A stretch of DNA of 63,225 nt, filler included, from Octopus bimaculoides (taxonomy: Eukaryota): assembly GCF_001194135.2 (NCBI RefSeq). It is 3 parts of 3 records of this genome, joined end to end, with 100 filler letters (N's around TTAATTAATTAA, not from the genome) between each part and the next. Parts side by side here need not be neighbours in the genome. Positions count along the whole stretch, not along the records: positions 53,928 to 63,225 come from NC_068983.1; 2 more parts are not named here. One strand, written 5' to 3'. Numbering within the stretch: the stretch's first letter is position 1; each line of letters begins with the position of its first letter. The notes below the pieces were generated by a model, which made no database searches, was not told where the DNA came from, and saw only the letters and a list, made by a program, of their open reading frames with translations. Below, one piece after another: positions 63,154-63,225 of the stretch. The translations under genes and the position numbers were made by a program.

Positions 63154-63225
63154 GTGGGAACACAAACCCCCCCAGTACTTGAAAATGATCACATCGCACT
63201 CCTCTGGAACTTCACTATTCAAACT
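63152..63225 (+). mobile_element. 5'-truncated Dong/R4-like LINE starting directly after (AAT)n; runs off the window
   Basis: WWEHKP (1-bp frameshift) VLENDHIALLWNFTIQT matches the W.EH.P..V.EN....LLWDF.IQT motif upstream of the REL endonuclease PD-(D/E)xK core. Confidence 0.7.

Overview
Eukaryotic, repeat-saturated genomic DNA with many assembly gaps. It is probably from an octopus (inference from the SINE/LINE families and the extreme microsatellite density). No protein-coding gene could be confidently recognised. Almost all supplied ORFs are translations of (TA)n/(CA)n/(GA)n/trinucleotide repeats or N-gaps. The window holds at least four tRNA-headed SINE families (labels A, B, D, E are my own), RTE-clade LINE remnants, and three Dong/R4-like LINE remnants (one about 3.7 kb). 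It also holds an internally deleted Tc1/mariner element and two Tigger/pogo-like MITEs. The most unusual signal is a small tRNA-headed element whose 3' part carries a Penelope-type minimal hammerhead ribozyme. It occurs as a ~305-bp-arm inverted repeat at 16.8-17.5 kb, joined through microhomologies to pieces copied from nearby DNA, and again at 54 kb. Other notable items: a second hammerhead at 13.0-13.1 kb, a 172-bp fold-back insertion with a 13-bp target duplication, several isolated pre-miRNA/ADAR-like hairpins, and a CpG-eroded domain (~9.6-31 kb) that suggests a methylated gene body. All calls are by eye; no alignment, folding or database search was run.
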